A DNA stretch of 64,000 bases from positions 928,001-992,000 of the forward strand of contig CAWCYI010000004.1 in the NCBI GenBank assembly GCA_963799845.1, read 5' to 3'. Below, in pieces: positions 61,645-64,000 of the stretch. A program made the position numbers and the translations under genes. The stretch comes from an uncultured Nitrososphaerota archaeon. Lineage in GTDB: Archaea > Thermoproteota > Nitrososphaeria > Nitrososphaerales > CADDZS01. The notes beneath the pieces were generated by a model. It was given only the letters and a program-made list of their open reading frames with translations. It was not told the origin of the DNA and ran no database searches. The stretch's first letter is position 1; every line of letters begins with the position of its first letter.

Positions 61645-62499
61645 ATGACTGCTAACCTAAAGTTCGGTTTAACTTCCCTACATGCGGGTGTGAACAGCTA
61701 CCCAGAAAAGATGATGTGTGTAGCCCAGGCCGCCGAAAGAGCGGGTTTTGATTCCCTGTGGGCGGGTGGACATCCATTTCTTTCCGAAAAACAAACACGC
61801 ATGCCATCAGCTACGCGGATGCTAGACCCAATAGTCGCTCTTGCCTTCATCGCCGGTCAGACTCGCACAATTCGGCTTGGGACAGGAATTATCCTACTCC
61901 CGCAGTTCAATCCGCTGATTCTTGCCAAGGAACTTGCCAACCTCGATGTCGTCTCCAGCGGCCGGTTGATATTCGGAATCGGTGTGGGTTGGTCGGAACA
62001 CGAGTACGAAGTACTAGGCGTCTCGTATCACGATCGTGGGAAGCGGGCAGATGAATATCTGAAAGCGATCAAGGCAATGTGGAGCGAGGACAAACCCGCC
62101 TTCCATGGTCGCTTTGTCTCATTCGATAGCTTGCAATCATATCCCCACCCCGTGCAGCAGCCGCACCCGCCAATCGTCGTTGGTGGAAACTCACCTAGAG
62201 CCTACCGGCGCGCTATTGAACAGGGAAACGGTTGGTTCGGCTACGGGCTCAATCTGGAGGAGACAGCACGCTCAATTGCTGATATACGCGAAGCTACAAA
62301 GAACCATGCTCGTCCCAAGGGCCTAGGAGAGTTAGAAATCAGTGTCGCTCCACGCGTGCCCGTTGATAGAGCAATCGCTCAACAATTCTCTGAGCTGGGC
62401 GTTCACCGATTGATTTTGATTCCGCCGCAGAATGTGGACACGCCTGCAGTGGAACAATTCATTGAGAATGTTGGAGGTACTTTAGTTGGACGAGTATGA
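61645..62499 (+). CDS. LLM class F420-dependent oxidoreductase, Rv2161c-like
   Basis: AERAGFDSLW, LDPIVALAF, GIGVGW.EHEY and PPIVVGG. Confidence 0.93.
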   Translation: MTANLKFGLTSLHAGVNSYPEKMMCVAQAAERAGFDSLWAGGHPFLSEKQTRMPSATRMLDPIVALAFIAGQTRTIRLGTGIILLPQFNPLILAKELANLDVVSSGRLIFGIGVGWSEHEYEVLGVSYHDRGKRADEYLKAIKAMWSEDKPAFHGRFVSFDSLQSYPHPVQQPHPPIVVGGNSPRAYRRAIEQGNGWFGYGLNLEETARSIADIREATKNHARPKGLGELEISVAPRVPVDRAIAQQFSELGVHRLILIPPQNVDTPAVEQFIENVGGTLVGRV

Positions 62500-62633
62500 T
62501 TTTGTGCGATGAAACTAGAGCGATCTTAGATTGACTTACAATTAGATTCGGAACGTCTGTCTAGATTAAGCAGGAAATCACGGGTGAGATCCTATATGAT
62601 TGGATCCAAATTATTGCCCTCAGTTCATAGCCC

Positions 62634-62680
62634 GGCTCAGTATCGAAGCAGAAAAATCTATTCTATAGCGAGTTGCTCTG
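62634..62680 (+). repeat. Repeat family 2, copy 5
   Basis: GGCTCAGTATCGAAGCAGAAAAATCTATTCTATAGCGAGTTGCTCTG. Confidence 0.8.
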
Positions 62681-62777
62681 TCGAGCAAAAAAAGCGAGTA
62701 GAAACCATCAGCTGAAAAGCTTCCGACGAAACTCCTAAACGATTTGAAACTTCAATGAGAGCCTTCGTCAAAACGAA

Positions 62778-63998
62778 TCAATCTACATCGGAGAAACCAA
62801 TTTTCTTCAGCAAAGACTGAAACCTTGGATCCGGGCGAAGGTCTTCGAAAGGAAAATCGCTGTTGATCGAGACAATAAAAACTGCATGTTGCGCATAGGC
62901 TCTCTCCAGCCATTCGAGCGCCTTGTCTTTTTCGCCTAGACTCGAGTAAACTCCGGCAATTATCGTTTCGGACACATGGCCTTGTTCCCTCATCCTGAGC
63001 AAATCGGCAAGAATGCCTCTTACCTCATCCATTTTTCCAGCTCTTGCGTAGGCGTATGCAAGTTCGTTTTCAAGATGTAGACCTGAATGTTCTATACTTT
63101 TTCTCATCTCCGTGAGTCCTTCTTCAACCCTTCCCTTCTGAACGTAAGCAACGCCCAAATTAGATTGGGCAAACACCGAATTCGGATCCAATTCCAAGGC
63201 ACTTTTCAGAAGCACTATGGCTTCGTCGGGTCGGCGAGAATAGAGAAAAAGAGTACCTGCAGAGGTGCAGGTCGAAGCGGAGAGAGGATCCAATTCCAAA
63301 GCACGTTTGCATTCTACGATGGCTTCGTCAAATTTTCTGATCTGACAGTACAGATGTCCGAGCTCCAAATGGGCATCCACCAAGCTAGGACTAAGTTCTA
63401 AGGCTCGTCTGAATTCGATTTCCGCACCTCGGAAATCCCACTTATCCCAAAGCAGAACCAGGCCGAGCGGGACATGAGATTCGGGAACGGACGGATCCAA
63501 CTGGATTGCCTTTTCAGCAAATCTTTCGGCCTTGGGGAAGGCTTCGCTCGATGGAAGCAATTCGAAAATACCGATTAAGGCGTAAGATCTTGCGATCTCA
63601 GCGTAGGCTTGAGCATAATAAGGATCCTCTTGAATTGCCTGCTCGCAATAATCTATAGTTTTTTTGGTGGAATCAAGAGTTCCTCGGTGCCGGTAAGATC
63701 TGCCTTTCAAGTAAAGAGTGTAAGCTTCCAAGTTCTGAGTCGGTTTCTTTCCTAATTCTATGCTTTCCTTTGGTAGAATTGTAACCTGAAGTGAATCGGC
63801 GACTTTTTGAGCGATCTCCTTCTGCAGTGAAAACAGGTTCTCGAATTTTCTATCATAATCCTCAGACCACAGATGCTCATCACTTTCCACATCGATTAGC
63901 TGAACAGTAATCCGCAGATCATCAGCGGCCTTCCGGACACTCCCCTCCAATACTGCGCCAACATTCAGTTCCTTCGCAATTTCTGAGAGACTCTTGTT
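62778..63998 (-). CDS. TolB-like + TPR protein, paralogue of 3593..5570 (5' end outside the window)
   Basis: EGSVRKAADDLRITVQLID, TPR repeats and LRPDPRFQSLLKKIG. Confidence 0.9.
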   Translation of the reverse strand, partial: NKSLSEIAKELNVGAVLEGSVRKAADDLRITVQLIDVESDEHLWSEDYDRKFENLFSLQKEIAQKVADSLQVTILPKESIELGKKPTQNLEAYTLYLKGRSYRHRGTLDSTKKTIDYCEQAIQEDPYYAQAYAEIARSYALIGIFELLPSSEAFPKAERFAEKAIQLDPSVPESHVPLGLVLLWDKWDFRGAEIEFRRALELSPSLVDAHLELGHLYCQIRKFDEAIVECKRALELDPLSASTCTSAGTLFLYSRRPDEAIVLLKSALELDPNSVFAQSNLGVAYVQKGRVEEGLTEMRKSIEHSGLHLENELAYAYARAGKMDEVRGILADLLRMREQGHVSETIIAGVYSSLGEKDKALEWLERAYAQHAVFIVSINSDFPFEDLRPDPRFQSLLKKIGFSDVD

Positions 63999-64000
63999 AG

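Overview
Archaeal chromosomal segment. Evidence for Archaea: two type IV pilins with class III signal peptides, NreA with a C-terminal PIP box, many TTG/GTG starts, an AbrB/PIN toxin-antitoxin pair and four F420-type LLM oxidoreductases. A heterotrophic, non-ammonia-oxidising Nitrososphaeria-like lineage is my inference only. The window is accessory-rich: about 70 mostly stand-alone metabolic, transport, surface and regulatory genes, and one apparently complete IS630-family element. I see no rRNA, intact tRNA, CRISPR array or integrase. At least 14 genes are split by single-base frameshifts or a stop, probably long-read assembly error. The most unusual signal is several families of dispersed intergenic repeats. 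Family 1 is a 57-74 bp element bounded by the palindrome TTTACTAGTAAA that encloses a tRNA T-loop/3'-acceptor-like core (GGTTCAAATCCCAC..CGC); 4 co-oriented copies at 0.5-6.7 kb separate units of 1-3 genes. Family 2 is a ~45 bp element (core GAAAAGTCGATTCTACTGCGAGTTGCTCT, 5 copies); three copies bracket single genes at 12.8-14.2 kb. Families 3 and 4 have two copies each. Together they suggest, without proving, a gene-cassette accretion system whose recombinase lies outside this window. Several Cys-rich and RHH microproteins missing from the ORF track were also found.
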